32,700 nucleotides of DNA. Source: Candidatus Poribacteria bacterium (GTDB lineage: Bacteria; Poribacteria; WGA-4E; UBA9662). The notes under the pieces were generated by a model, which saw only the letters and a program-made list of their open reading frames with translations, searched no databases and was not told the DNA's origin. The translations under genes and the position numbers were made by a program. The stretch lies in the NCBI GenBank assembly GCA_046582655.1, contig JAYGDX010000358.1, forward strand, positions 1-32,700. Direction: 5' to 3'. Below, in pieces: positions 1 to 8,958 of the stretch; position 1 is the first letter of the stretch, and each line of letters starts with the position of its first letter.

Positions 1-347
1 GGCATGTCCCGGTTATCTTCGTCCTCTTCGGGGTCATTTGGTTGGCGGCGTTCTGGGAATTCAGGAAAGAACCTGAAGAAGTCTTCAAATCGGTCACGAG
101 ACCGATTACGGGATTGCCTCCCAACTCGTCTTGAAGTTGAAATCTGCACAACTGCAGGTTTGGCAGATTTTACCAGCTTAATGAAGGCATTATTGGCACG
201 TTCCAGATACTGAAGATCGATTTCGTCTACTTGGCTAACTGCAGTTTGGGATGAAATTTTCTGATTATCCCAATCAACTGTTATACCGCCAAGAATAATA
301 ACTGTAACAAGCAGGATAGTAATTGCAACTTTTTTGATTTCCATCAT
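1..347 (-). CDS. HtrA/DegP (Do-family) periplasmic serine protease, N-terminal part; runs off the left edge
   Basis: Not in the ORF track. Manual translation from ATG at 347 (SD AAGGAG at 352-357 on the minus strand) gives MMEIKKVAITILLVTVIILGG...LERANNAFIKLVKSAKPAVVQIST...FEDFFRFFPE. The signal/anchor, the 'F..LV...KPAVV.I' segment and the 'FEDFFRFF' loop match the DegP/DegQ N-terminus. The catalytic triad is outside the window. Confidence 0.8.
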   Translation of the reverse strand, partial: MMEIKKVAITILLVTVIILGGITVDWDNQKISSQTAVSQVDEIDLQYLERANNAFIKLVKSAKPAVVQISTSRRVGRQSRNRSRDRFEDFFRFFPEFPERRQPNDPEEDEDNRDM

Positions 348-523
348 TAGTCTCCTTAATATGGGTTGAAACACACTAGCAGGTAAACAAAAGTTCCAGA
401 GTTTTTGAAGAAACGTAACACAGTTGGGTTTTAGTCCTATTATTTTTGCCGTTTATGTTGGCATTAGGAATGGAAAATGCTGATCTAAAAATGATATGCC
501 AAATACTGTGGATAACACCTCGC

Positions 524-1237
524 TCAATTTCCGGAAATATCTATGTCTGATTCATATGGCTGTTTCAACTGACTGGATTCGGTTATCATCCACTGAATTG
601 TTTGACCAATGAGAATATTGTTTGGCGCAACGAGTCCTCCGGAGATTAGCATCTTCATTGCTGTTTCCGCTCTGAGGTTGATATCGTACAAAATCTCCGG
701 ATCGCAAAATAACATCACGCCTGTTGTCGGATTCGGGCTGGTAGGAACGAAGACAGTTACCAATGGATGCGGATTATCGATTTCCTCAACCTCGCCCGTA
801 ACAAAACCAATGATGCGGAAAGGAGAGTTGGGCGCCCTAATTGCTACTGCCCTCTTGAACTTATTCGACTCTGAGGGATGCAAAATCATCTGCATAATTT
901 GTTTAACTGGAGCGTAGACCTCACGAACTATCGGAATCTTACTTAAAAACTGCTCTGTAGCACCAAGTAACCTGCGACCAATAAAATTTGAGACAATTAA
1001 ACCAGTTAAATAAATAATCAGAATAGTGAGAATAAGCCCAATAACTGTCTGAACAACCGTACCAAATAGGAAAGGATACTTTGCTTCTGGAAAGTAGGAG
1101 TCGATTGTATTTGGTAACCACCCGCCAATTTTGCGGAAAAGGAAACCCAGAATAAAGAAAGTGACGCCGAGTGGTACTAAAGTTAGAATACCGGCAATTA
1201 GCGCATTCTTCAGATGATTATCTATTGACTCCTTCAT
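524..1237 (-). CDS. DUF502 family membrane protein
   Basis: Two N-terminal TM segments followed by 'LSKIPIVREVY', 'IGFVTG', 'VFVPTSPNPTTG' and 'AMKMLISGG', all typical of DUF502. Confidence 0.9.
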   Translation of the reverse strand: MKESIDNHLKNALIAGILTLVPLGVTFFILGFLFRKIGGWLPNTIDSYFPEAKYPFLFGTVVQTVIGLILTILIIYLTGLIVSNFIGRRLLGATEQFLSKIPIVREVYAPVKQIMQMILHPSESNKFKRAVAIRAPNSPFRIIGFVTGEVEEIDNPHPLVTVFVPTSPNPTTGVMLFCDPEILYDINLRAETAMKMLISGGLVAPNNILIGQTIQWMITESSQLKQPYESDIDISGN

Positions 1238-1299
1238 CTAATACTACCCAACCTATAGCTCCCTGGACCGCATCTGTTCAGCAACAAATATCACATTTT

Positions 1300-1328
1300 A
1301 TGATAGCACAATCCCCACTTCACGTCAA
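1300..1328 (-). promoter_or_regulatory. Predicted sigma70 promoter for the DUF502 gene
   Basis: Minus strand reads TTGACG (1328-1323), 17 bp, then TATCAT (1305-1300) with an extended TG. It lies ~60 nt upstream of the ATG at 1237. Confidence 0.6.
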
Positions 1329-1352
1329 TCTTCTTGTCCATGACCAATACTA

Positions 1353-1381
1353 TTGACATCCCAAATTCAATGTGGCAGAAT
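1353..1381 (+). promoter_or_regulatory. Predicted sigma70 promoter for pduO-SDR-C25
   Basis: TTGACA (1353-1358), 17 bp, then CAGAAT (1376-1381) with an extended TG at 1373-1374. Confidence 0.6.
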
Positions 1382-1387
1382 ACGGCC

Positions 1388-1951
1388 ATGAGAATTTATA
1401 CCAGAACAGGTGATACGGGTGAAACTGGACTCTATGGGAACACTCGGCTTGATAAGGATTCTCAACGAATTAAGGCTATCGGTGATATTGATGAGTTGAA
1501 TGCCTTTCTAGGATATGCACACTCGCTAATTTCAGATACAGATATTGCAGATCAGTTGAATCGGATGCAAAGCGAACTTTTCGATTTAGGTGCCGACCTA
1601 GCGGTACTTGATGCACACTGTCAATCCGATAGTCTAAGAATATCCAAGGACTTGGTGCTTGAACAAGAACGTATGATTGACTGCCTTCAACAGGAGCTTC
1701 CGCCAATTACATACTTTATTTTACCCGGTGGCCTGACTAGCGCATCAGTATTACATCTGGCCAGGACGGTTTGTCGCCGCGCAGAACGACGCGTTGTCAG
1801 TCTCAAAAAATCAGATGCGATCAATCCGGAAATTTTACAATATCTCAATCGAATGTCAGACCTTCTTTTTGTTTTGGCCCGAGTTGTCAATCATCGCGCA
1901 GGTGCTCCTGAAATAAATTGGAAATCTCCCATCGAAAGAGATAAAAGATAA
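1388..1951 (+). CDS. pduO: ATP:cob(I)alamin adenosyltransferase, PduO type
   Basis: Motifs 'IYTRTGDTGETGL', 'GDIDELNA', 'FILPGG', 'ARTVCRRAERR' and 'YLNRMSDLLF'. Start moved from 1334 to ATG 1388 because family members begin MxIYTxTGD and the extension contains the promoter. Confidence 0.95.
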   Translation: MRIYTRTGDTGETGLYGNTRLDKDSQRIKAIGDIDELNAFLGYAHSLISDTDIADQLNRMQSELFDLGADLAVLDAHCQSDSLRISKDLVLEQERMIDCLQQELPPITYFILPGGLTSASVLHLARTVCRRAERRVVSLKKSDAINPEILQYLNRMSDLLFVLARVVNHRAGAPEINWKSPIERDKR

Positions 1952-1955
1952 AGGC

Positions 1956-2720
1956 TTGCCTTTGAGGATAAAAGATAAAGTTGCTATTATTACCGGCTCT
2001 GGTAGGGGTATTGGGAAAGCAATCGCGCTTCGGTTTGCGGAAGAAGGAGCAAAGGTTGTCGTCGATGATGTCAACCAGGAAACTGGTAACCAAACTGCTG
2101 ACCTGATCCAATCGGAAGGCCATACAGGCATTTTTATCCTAGCAGATGTTACAGATCCCAAGATGGTTGAGGCTCTGGTAACCAAGACAATTCGGAGTTT
2201 TGGCAAAATCGATATTCTCGTCAACAACGCAATTTGTTCGACAAACGATGTGCTAACAAATAACTGGGATGCCAACCTAAATGTTATCTTGAAAGGTGCC
2301 CATCATTGTTCACAAATTGTCATTCCGGAGATGAAGAAGAACGGTGGAGGTAGCATTGTAAACATTGCATCAGTTAATGGATTAATCGGGTTACAAGGAA
2401 TACACGCATATTCGGCATCCAAGGGAGCCATAATTTCGCTAACAAAATCTCTGGCGATCTCGCACGGTGCTGATAACATTCGAGTCAATTGTATCTGCCC
2501 AGGTACTATCCAAACTGAAGTATGGGAACCCATGATTGAACGTAACCCGAATATTTTGAATGACATTATCCCACACTATCCCCTGCATCGAATTGGTCAA
2601 CCGATCGATATTGCAAATGCCGCGCTCTTCCTCGCTTCCAATGAATCGTCATTCGCCACTGGCGCAATTTTCACCATTGATGGCGGACTTACAGCAGGAC
2701 TCCATAACTTCCCAATATAA
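1956..2720 (+). CDS. Short-chain dehydrogenase/reductase (classical SDR, FabG-like)
   Basis: TGSGRGIG Rossmann motif, NNA, catalytic YSASK, 'IRVNCICPG' and 'IDGG'. TTG start (1956 or 1962). Confidence 0.92.
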   Translation: MPLRIKDKVAIITGSGRGIGKAIALRFAEEGAKVVVDDVNQETGNQTADLIQSEGHTGIFILADVTDPKMVEALVTKTIRSFGKIDILVNNAICSTNDVLTNNWDANLNVILKGAHHCSQIVIPEMKKNGGGSIVNIASVNGLIGLQGIHAYSASKGAIISLTKSLAISHGADNIRVNCICPGTIQTEVWEPMIERNPNILNDIIPHYPLHRIGQPIDIANAALFLASNESSFATGAIFTIDGGLTAGLHNFPI

Positions 2721-2737
2721 AAAATTGACTGTATCTG

Positions 2738-5700
2738 ATGCATAGAATTTCTCTTCATACGACATTTTTCATGGCTGTTTTTCTGCCGATTTCCTTTGCC
2801 TCAGTCCAGGTTATTGAATCGGACCAGTACGGTGTTACAATCAATTTCGGTTTGTCCAATCCCAAATTTTCAAAGGTACAGCCATCACAACGTAGTACAT
2901 ACGACCTCATTTCCTACACAGATGGCAGTTTCACCTCAGAACCGGGTAATCCACGGCTTCCTGTCTCGCGACTAATGCTCGGTGTTCCGCCTGAAACGGA
3001 ATTTCGGGTTGAAGTACTTTGGAAAGAAACCCAGACACGTCAAGGTTTCCGAATCCTACCAACATCTTACAAAACCCTTCGAAGTGAAGCAGATAATGGT
3101 TTTGAGTCAAGTCAAGCAGAGTGGCGTGAAGATGGTATTGCCTATCGCATGCAAGGTTTCTACCCCCAACGTCTGGTAAAAATTGTGTCTGATGGGTACA
3201 TTCGATCTCAACGCGTCATCATGCTTGAAGTTCATCCAATTCAGTATGCGCCATCAAAACGCTTGATCCAGATCCACTCTAAGATGACGATCCGAGTCCA
3301 GTTTCAGAATCCGGTAGCACCCCCAAATTTCCATTATCTCACATCGTATAGCCGGGATACCGAAATGTTTGAGCAAAGACTTCAAGACCAATTACTGAAT
3401 TATGAACAAGCTAAAATCTGGAGGCTCCAAAACAAAAAAACTGTAGCGGCACCAGGTCTTCAAAACAAGCAATATCATCCTCGTTACAAAATTCTTCTTG
3501 GAAAAACAGGAATTTATCGTCTGACGGCCAGAAGTCTTAAAGACAAATGGGGGATTGATCTAAGTGCTGAAGATCCACGCCATTTCCATCTAAAAAACAA
3601 CAGCATGGAAATCCCTCTCTATGTTCAAGGTGAAGAGGATGGTCACTTTGACCAAGATGACTACATTCAGTTTTTGGGACATGACGCACGCAATCGTTAT
3701 ACCCGTTGGAATGTTTATTGGCTGAGTGTCGAGCTTGAGCGAGGTAAACGAATCGTGGAAATTGATGCAACACCTGCCGATCCAACAGCGAAATCGGTAC
3801 CGTCTTTCCGATCAAGAATCTACTTTGAAGAAGATCATCTGCACAGTAATTTACAACACGTGCTACCCGAAAATGTATCTCGAGGGGACAAACACTCCTG
3901 GTTCGGATCCGTTGAAAGTTGGTTTTGGACAGGGGTCAGAAACGGTGGTGGTATCAACCAGATGTACCTAGAATTCCCACTTTATGATCTGACACCGAGT
4001 TTCAATCAGCCAACAATTCAGGTGAATTTACAAGGTGGAACTCCTCTGGACCATGAAATTCTGGTATCAATCAACGACATTCGAATAGATCTGGCAAAAT
4101 GGTCCAGCCAAGACACTCTGAGTATAGACCAAACCTTACGGCTCTGGGATGATCTGCAAGATGCTGGCAAAGGTGAGTTGAATGCCATCTCTCTAGCGCG
4201 TATTGATTCGACGATGGAAGATGATACAACCAGATATCCTTACCATGTTTACATTAATTCGTTTGAGATTGAATACACCAGATTGCTGAAGGCAGTTAAA
4301 GATTATCTAATGTTCTCTTCCCCCCAAAGCCAAGATTCACATGAAGTTCGTGTACGCCGCAAATTAAAGTACAAAGTCCAGACTTTCCTATCGCCAAAAG
4401 TTGAGATTTTTGAGTATGATGGTACACGACTAACAGCCAAAATGAAAAACCCGCATATCGAAAAAATTATCCTCGATCGGCAAGAGCAAAAACGTTTGCA
4501 ACACATTGGTGAAGATTTCCCAACTGGAGTTGCCTACAACGCTACATTTCAAGCTCCCGACTCGCATAACGCGAAATTTGTCGCCGTGTCCGCAGCAGGA
4601 GTTCTTGATCCCTATGCCGTTGAGACGGTTCAACCAAGTGACCTGCGTTCTTCCGTAAACAGCGCGGATTATATAGTTATTGTTCATCCTATTTACCTCA
4701 AATATGCACAGGAACTGGCAGCTTGGAGATCTACCTTAAAGGGAGGTGGACACCGTACAAAAGTTGTTGATGTTACTGAGATTTACAATACATTCGGTAA
4801 TGGTATGGTAAACCCAAAAGCAATCAAAGATTTTCTATCCTATGCATACCATAATTGGCAATCTCCTGCTTTTTCGTATGTTGTGTTGCTGGGAGATGGT
4901 ACCTGGGATTTTCGCGGAATTGATGAAGAAACCTACCCAGAACCACCGGAAACAACCGGGTACATTCCAACTCACTATATTTGGTCTCAATCCTTCGGAC
5001 AAACTTCGGTCGATCATTGGTACACTACAATCAGCGGGATTGATGAACTGCCAGATTTTTATATCGGTCGAATTAGTGTTGAAACGGATCAGCAAGCTCG
5101 AAACATCGTAGATAAAATTATCAGGTACGAATCAGATCCTCCCAAGGGCGAATGGCAACGCAGGATTATTTCTGTGGCGGACGATGAAGTCAGCAATTCA
5201 GGTGATTTCATTTTTAAAAAGAGCCTCAAAGCAATTGAAGAAAGCCACACCCTGCTGGGTTATGAAACGATTCGAATTTTTTTAGAAGATGTGATCAAAA
5301 AGGTGAAGGCTAATCCAGCTGGCTATAATAATGAACTACCTCGCCGCGTTGCCAAGGACATGGTCATTGACGCGTTGAGCAAAGGAGGTGTTATTGCCCA
5401 ATATGCGGGACACGGCGGACGGATTGTCTGGACACATGAAGCAATTTTCGATAATAATTCCGTTGATTTACTGGCTGAAACCGATTATTTGCCGTTCATG
5501 TTGGTTTTAAGTTGCTACAACGGCTATTTCGATGCACCGGGCGAACCCAGTTTAGCCGAGAAGTTACTGCGTCGCAATAAAGGCGGAATTATTGGTATGT
5601 TAAGCGCCTCAAGATTAACTTATGGAAGTGGAAACGATGCGTTGAACAGAATTATTTTCGACGCAATTTTCAAAAGGAACGTGCGTGAAATTGGCCAACT

Positions 5701-8700
5701 AGCAATGGATTCCAAAGTTGAACTGCTGATGACGGAAGGTACTGGACAAATTGACGTCATGATGGCGTATACGCTCTTCGGAGATCCGGCCATGCAATTA
5801 AACATGGCAGACTATGAAGTTCAACCAACCATTGAAGCCCGCACAGTTGCAACCGGGCAAAATCTGAAAGTCAAAGCCGGCGAAATTATGGAAGTTTATT
5901 ACGATCCTCAACAGAAAAAGAAAATCTACACGCCCTTTCCAGATTTCAATGGCACATTACAACTCAAGGCCATATTTCCGGGGATATACCAAACAGTGCA
6001 GATTAACCCGGAAGAAATCACCTGGGACGATTCTAAAGAAAAGGAAATAGATCTGTACACAGGTGATGTTATCGTCGAAAAGAAGATCCCGGTGCAGAAC
6101 GGCAAGTATCTCGCTACTACGCTCACTGTACCTGATGGTATCCGTGAGGGACAAGCACATATCGAATGCTATGCTGAAAGTGCAAATGCAACAGCAGTTG
6201 GTGGAGCCTCCTTCAGTGTCTTTGTGCCCAAAATTCTCGACATTCAAGCTAAGTTGATCACCGATAAAAATTTCTCTGTTTCTGTTCAAGTTTCGGATGA
6301 ATTACAGAATAAAGGGATAAAATCGGTTATTCTTGAGTGGCGCGATCCATTGAAGTACAACTGGCAGGAAGTAGCAATGCAACCGGATTCGGGTCGTGAT
6401 ACTGGATGGTATACTATTCCATCCGCTTTAACAATTCCCAAAAGTGGAGAGGCGGTTCGCTATCAAATTAGTGTGTTTGACATTGACGGATACGAGGCAA
6501 TTTCAGATATTCTTGAATTCCGTCCATTTGTACTGCCAAATCTAAAGTCTGTCCGTGTCCAATCATCTTCAGAGAGTTTAATCTACTATGCGTTCTCCAA
6601 GTCGAAGAAGGTTTGGGAATTGAACGTTGATATTGAGCAAACTGAACCTTTTGACTTAACACAGGATGTTGAAATCGCCTTTTATAATGGTAATCCAGAC
6701 CGTGATAAAGACGGTATTATTGACCATGGCGTGGTAGAACTCGGTCGTGTTTCCATATCACCAGTTGCGTGGCAGAGCCGCCCCAAATTGGTTGATGAAT
6801 CGATGCCGCGTGCCTTTAAGCAAGATCCTCTCAATACTAACCCGATTGTTACAGCTAAAATCCAGCACGAATTTACTTTTGGCCAATATGAAGTCTACAT
6901 CTGGGTTGATCCGGACAACAAGATTAAAGAAATAAGTAAAGACGATAACATAGGATACGGACAATTAATGGTGGAAAGTACGATTATCGGTGATGCTGAT
7001 AAACGGATTTTCAGTCGAGATAATGTTCTTAACTTGCGGTTTCCAAAATCTAGTATTGCTCAACCCAAAATTCTAACATTGTCCAAGGTAAACAGTGACA
7101 ATCAAGTATCGGAGGCAATTCAACAGGATAGCCTCAACCGGATTAAGCTGGCAAATGAAGGGAATGCTTACCACGTAGTTTTGAACAGTGAACCAAACAC
7201 CCAGTTGCTTCAACCGATTACAGCTGAGGTGAGTTATGACGTGGCAGCAATTAAGCGCCGTATTCGGACGGATTTAGCTCTAGATGAAATACTACAATTG
7301 ACTGCTGATCAGATTGAAGCAATCAATTCAGGTTTTCAATTACAAGCAACAGAAATTGGTTTGTATATCTGGCGAGATGACTTGCAAAAATGGTTAAGGC
7401 AACCCACAGAAGTGATCAAGACCGCAGACGGTCATATCCAAATTGAGACAGCTATATCGAGTCCAAATACTAGGAATCAGTCGGATAGAGTAATTTCCAG
7501 TGTCAAAGTCGATCAGAATGGAGCAAAAGTTGGGAATTGGATTGTAATGTTTACTTCCGCAACAACGTATCGGCTGATGGTTCGCGAAGGCAGTCGCCCC
7601 CTTGAAGTAGTTGATCCCAACCGAATTTTCGGTAAGGCTGAAGAAAACACCAATTTCAAGGATGGATTAGTCATCACATTTACCTCCGGACAAGATAAAT
7701 TTCAGTTTGGAGATGTTTTGACTTTTCAAGTGTTAAAGTCCAATCTGCAAGAAGGAACGGCAATTCGATATCATGCTTTGTCATTTCAGGATGATAACGA
7801 TGGTTCTGGTGTCCTGCAATATATCCAGATAGGAAGAAAAGCAAATGTGCCAGAGGATCAATGGGTAATCTTTTTCTTAGACGCAGACACTTTTCAAATA
7901 GAAGGCAAACAAACCGGTATTTTAGCTGGAACAGGAATAGTCGGCAAACCATATTCTAATACCGATCTCGGCTTACACTTGCAAATTAATGTGGGCGATA
8001 CCGAGTTTTCCTCCGGCGACCGATTTCGATTTAAGACACAACCTGTTGGGCGTGTGCAGGCCGAATTATCCCAACTTGGGACAATCGCGCTGATGCGAAG
8101 TGACGATACTATTTCACCAGATATTCAGTTGACCATTTCCAAGCAAAATTTCATCAATGGAGACCCGGTATCGAAAGAGCCAATAATCCAAGCAACAATT
8201 TCCGATAGTAATGGAGTTAATCCGGATTCTATTCAGTTGGAATTTAGTCGTAACAACCGCGATTTCGATACCATTTTGGAAACAAATTACGACTTGAGTT
8301 ATCACCAAGGCACAAATCAAATCATATTGAATTATCTATCGCCTCAACTAGATCCCGGTGTTTATCAGATTCGGCTAACAGCGAGGGATCTTGACGGAAA
8401 TCAATCTGACAAAAAAACCGAGTTTCAGGTTCTCAAAAACTTTCAAATGCTGAAGGTAATGAACTATCCTAATCCGTTCAAAAGAAATACAACTATCACC
8501 TGTGAATTGACAATGCCAGCCGATGAGATGATAGTAAAGATCTATACTATTTCCGGACGGATGATCTGGAGAGAAGAAGTGGACGCAAATGCTGGTTTTG
8601 TAATGATACCATGGGATGGTCGGGATTTGGATGGGAAGAAAATCTCCAACGGGGTCTACTATTGCAAAATTCACAGCAAAGTGGGTGAAAAAGAAGAAAA

Positions 8701-8731
8701 CAAAATTATCAAAATGATGAAGTTGGAATAA
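2738..8731 (+). CDS. Giant secreted C25 family (gingipain/PorU-like) cysteine peptidase with propeptide, CARDB-like and Ig-like domains and a C-terminal FlgD-Ig/T9SS-like sorting domain
   Basis: Signal peptide; C25 propeptide-like 'EPGNPRLPV'; PorU-like 'KTGIYRLT...FDQDDYIQF.G'; C25 core 'ADYIVI', 'EIYNTF', 'YVVLLGDG', 'PDFYIGRI', His in YAGHGG (5411) and Cys in LSCYNG (5513), 'LFGDPA'; CARDB-like 'VDPDNKIKE...DDN'; C-terminal 'NYPNPF...IYTISGR...WDGRD..G..ISNGVYY'. Confidence 0.88.
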   Translation: MHRISLHTTFFMAVFLPISFASVQVIESDQYGVTINFGLSNPKFSKVQPSQRSTYDLISYTDGSFTSEPGNPRLPVSRLMLGVPPETEFRVEVLWKETQTRQGFRILPTSYKTLRSEADNGFESSQAEWREDGIAYRMQGFYPQRLVKIVSDGYIRSQRVIMLEVHPIQYAPSKRLIQIHSKMTIRVQFQNPVAPPNFHYLTSYSRDTEMFEQRLQDQLLNYEQAKIWRLQNKKTVAAPGLQNKQYHPRYKILLGKTGIYRLTARSLKDKWGIDLSAEDPRHFHLKNNSMEIPLYVQGEEDGHFDQDDYIQFLGHDARNRYTRWNVYWLSVELERGKRIVEIDATPADPTAKSVPSFRSRIYFEEDHLHSNLQHVLPENVSRGDKHSWFGSVESWFWTGVRNGGGINQMYLEFPLYDLTPSFNQPTIQVNLQGGTPLDHEILVSINDIRIDLAKWSSQDTLSIDQTLRLWDDLQDAGKGELNAISLARIDSTMEDDTTRYPYHVYINSFEIEYTRLLKAVKDYLMFSSPQSQDSHEVRVRRKLKYKVQTFLSPKVEIFEYDGTRLTAKMKNPHIEKIILDRQEQKRLQHIGEDFPTGVAYNATFQAPDSHNAKFVAVSAAGVLDPYAVETVQPSDLRSSVNSADYIVIVHPIYLKYAQELAAWRSTLKGGGHRTKVVDVTEIYNTFGNGMVNPKAIKDFLSYAYHNWQSPAFSYVVLLGDGTWDFRGIDEETYPEPPETTGYIPTHYIWSQSFGQTSVDHWYTTISGIDELPDFYIGRISVETDQQARNIVDKIIRYESDPPKGEWQRRIISVADDEVSNSGDFIFKKSLKAIEESHTLLGYETIRIFLEDVIKKVKANPAGYNNELPRRVAKDMVIDALSKGGVIAQYAGHGGRIVWTHEAIFDNNSVDLLAETDYLPFMLVLSCYNGYFDAPGEPSLAEKLLRRNKGGIIGMLSASRLTYGSGNDALNRIIFDAIFKRNVREIGQLAMDSKVELLMTEGTGQIDVMMAYTLFGDPAMQLNMADYEVQPTIEARTVATGQNLKVKAGEIMEVYYDPQQKKKIYTPFPDFNGTLQLKAIFPGIYQTVQINPEEITWDDSKEKEIDLYTGDVIVEKKIPVQNGKYLATTLTVPDGIREGQAHIECYAESANATAVGGASFSVFVPKILDIQAKLITDKNFSVSVQVSDELQNKGIKSVILEWRDPLKYNWQEVAMQPDSGRDTGWYTIPSALTIPKSGEAVRYQISVFDIDGYEAISDILEFRPFVLPNLKSVRVQSSSESLIYYAFSKSKKVWELNVDIEQTEPFDLTQDVEIAFYNGNPDRDKDGIIDHGVVELGRVSISPVAWQSRPKLVDESMPRAFKQDPLNTNPIVTAKIQHEFTFGQYEVYIWVDPDNKIKEISKDDNIGYGQLMVESTIIGDADKRIFSRDNVLNLRFPKSSIAQPKILTLSKVNSDNQVSEAIQQDSLNRIKLANEGNAYHVVLNSEPNTQLLQPITAEVSYDVAAIKRRIRTDLALDEILQLTADQIEAINSGFQLQATEIGLYIWRDDLQKWLRQPTEVIKTADGHIQIETAISSPNTRNQSDRVISSVKVDQNGAKVGNWIVMFTSATTYRLMVREGSRPLEVVDPNRIFGKAEENTNFKDGLVITFTSGQDKFQFGDVLTFQVLKSNLQEGTAIRYHALSFQDDNDGSGVLQYIQIGRKANVPEDQWVIFFLDADTFQIEGKQTGILAGTGIVGKPYSNTDLGLHLQINVGDTEFSSGDRFRFKTQPVGRVQAELSQLGTIALMRSDDTISPDIQLTISKQNFINGDPVSKEPIIQATISDSNGVNPDSIQLEFSRNNRDFDTILETNYDLSYHQGTNQIILNYLSPQLDPGVYQIRLTARDLDGNQSDKKTEFQVLKNFQMLKVMNYPNPFKRNTTITCELTMPADEMIVKIYTISGRMIWREEVDANAGFVMIPWDGRDLDGKKISNGVYYCKIHSKVGEKEENKIIKMMKLE

Positions 8732-8958
8732 TCCTCTAATAGACACCCATTTTTTCATCTCGCTTACAAATCGTGTATAATAGTTTAGCCCTCTGCAAAT
8801 CAGGTCATGGCAAATTCTAATTCACCTTAACAGGGTAATAAAAAAACAGCATCAGTTCTGATAGCTATATTTAGGATATATCCTTTTGCTCGCTAGGCAT
8901 CAATCCACATGCAAATTTTCTTCCGATTAATAGTCCGACCTTATGGGGATATAAGAGA

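Noticed and set aside
4..213. 69-aa plus-strand ORF in the track
   Set aside because: It is the antisense shadow of the degP-like gene, which has an SD and family motifs.
458..483. CIRCE-like TTGGCATTA...AAATGCTGA upstream of the degP-like gene
   Set aside because: It has several mismatches to TTAGCACTC-N9-GAGTGCTAA and the spacer is 8 nt rather than 9.
507..515. Perfect DnaA box (TGTGGATAA)
   Set aside because: I noticed only one copy, with no cluster or oriC-type neighbouring genes; this is compatible with chance.
1388..8731. Functional link between pduO/SDR and the C25 peptidase
   Set aside because: Tight spacing suggests co-transcription, but I see no biochemical connection and no cobalamin riboswitch upstream.
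8753..8781. TATAAT at 8776-8781 as the promoter of the cytochrome gene
   Set aside because: The -35 is poor and there is no correctly placed extended TG; plausible but not supportable.
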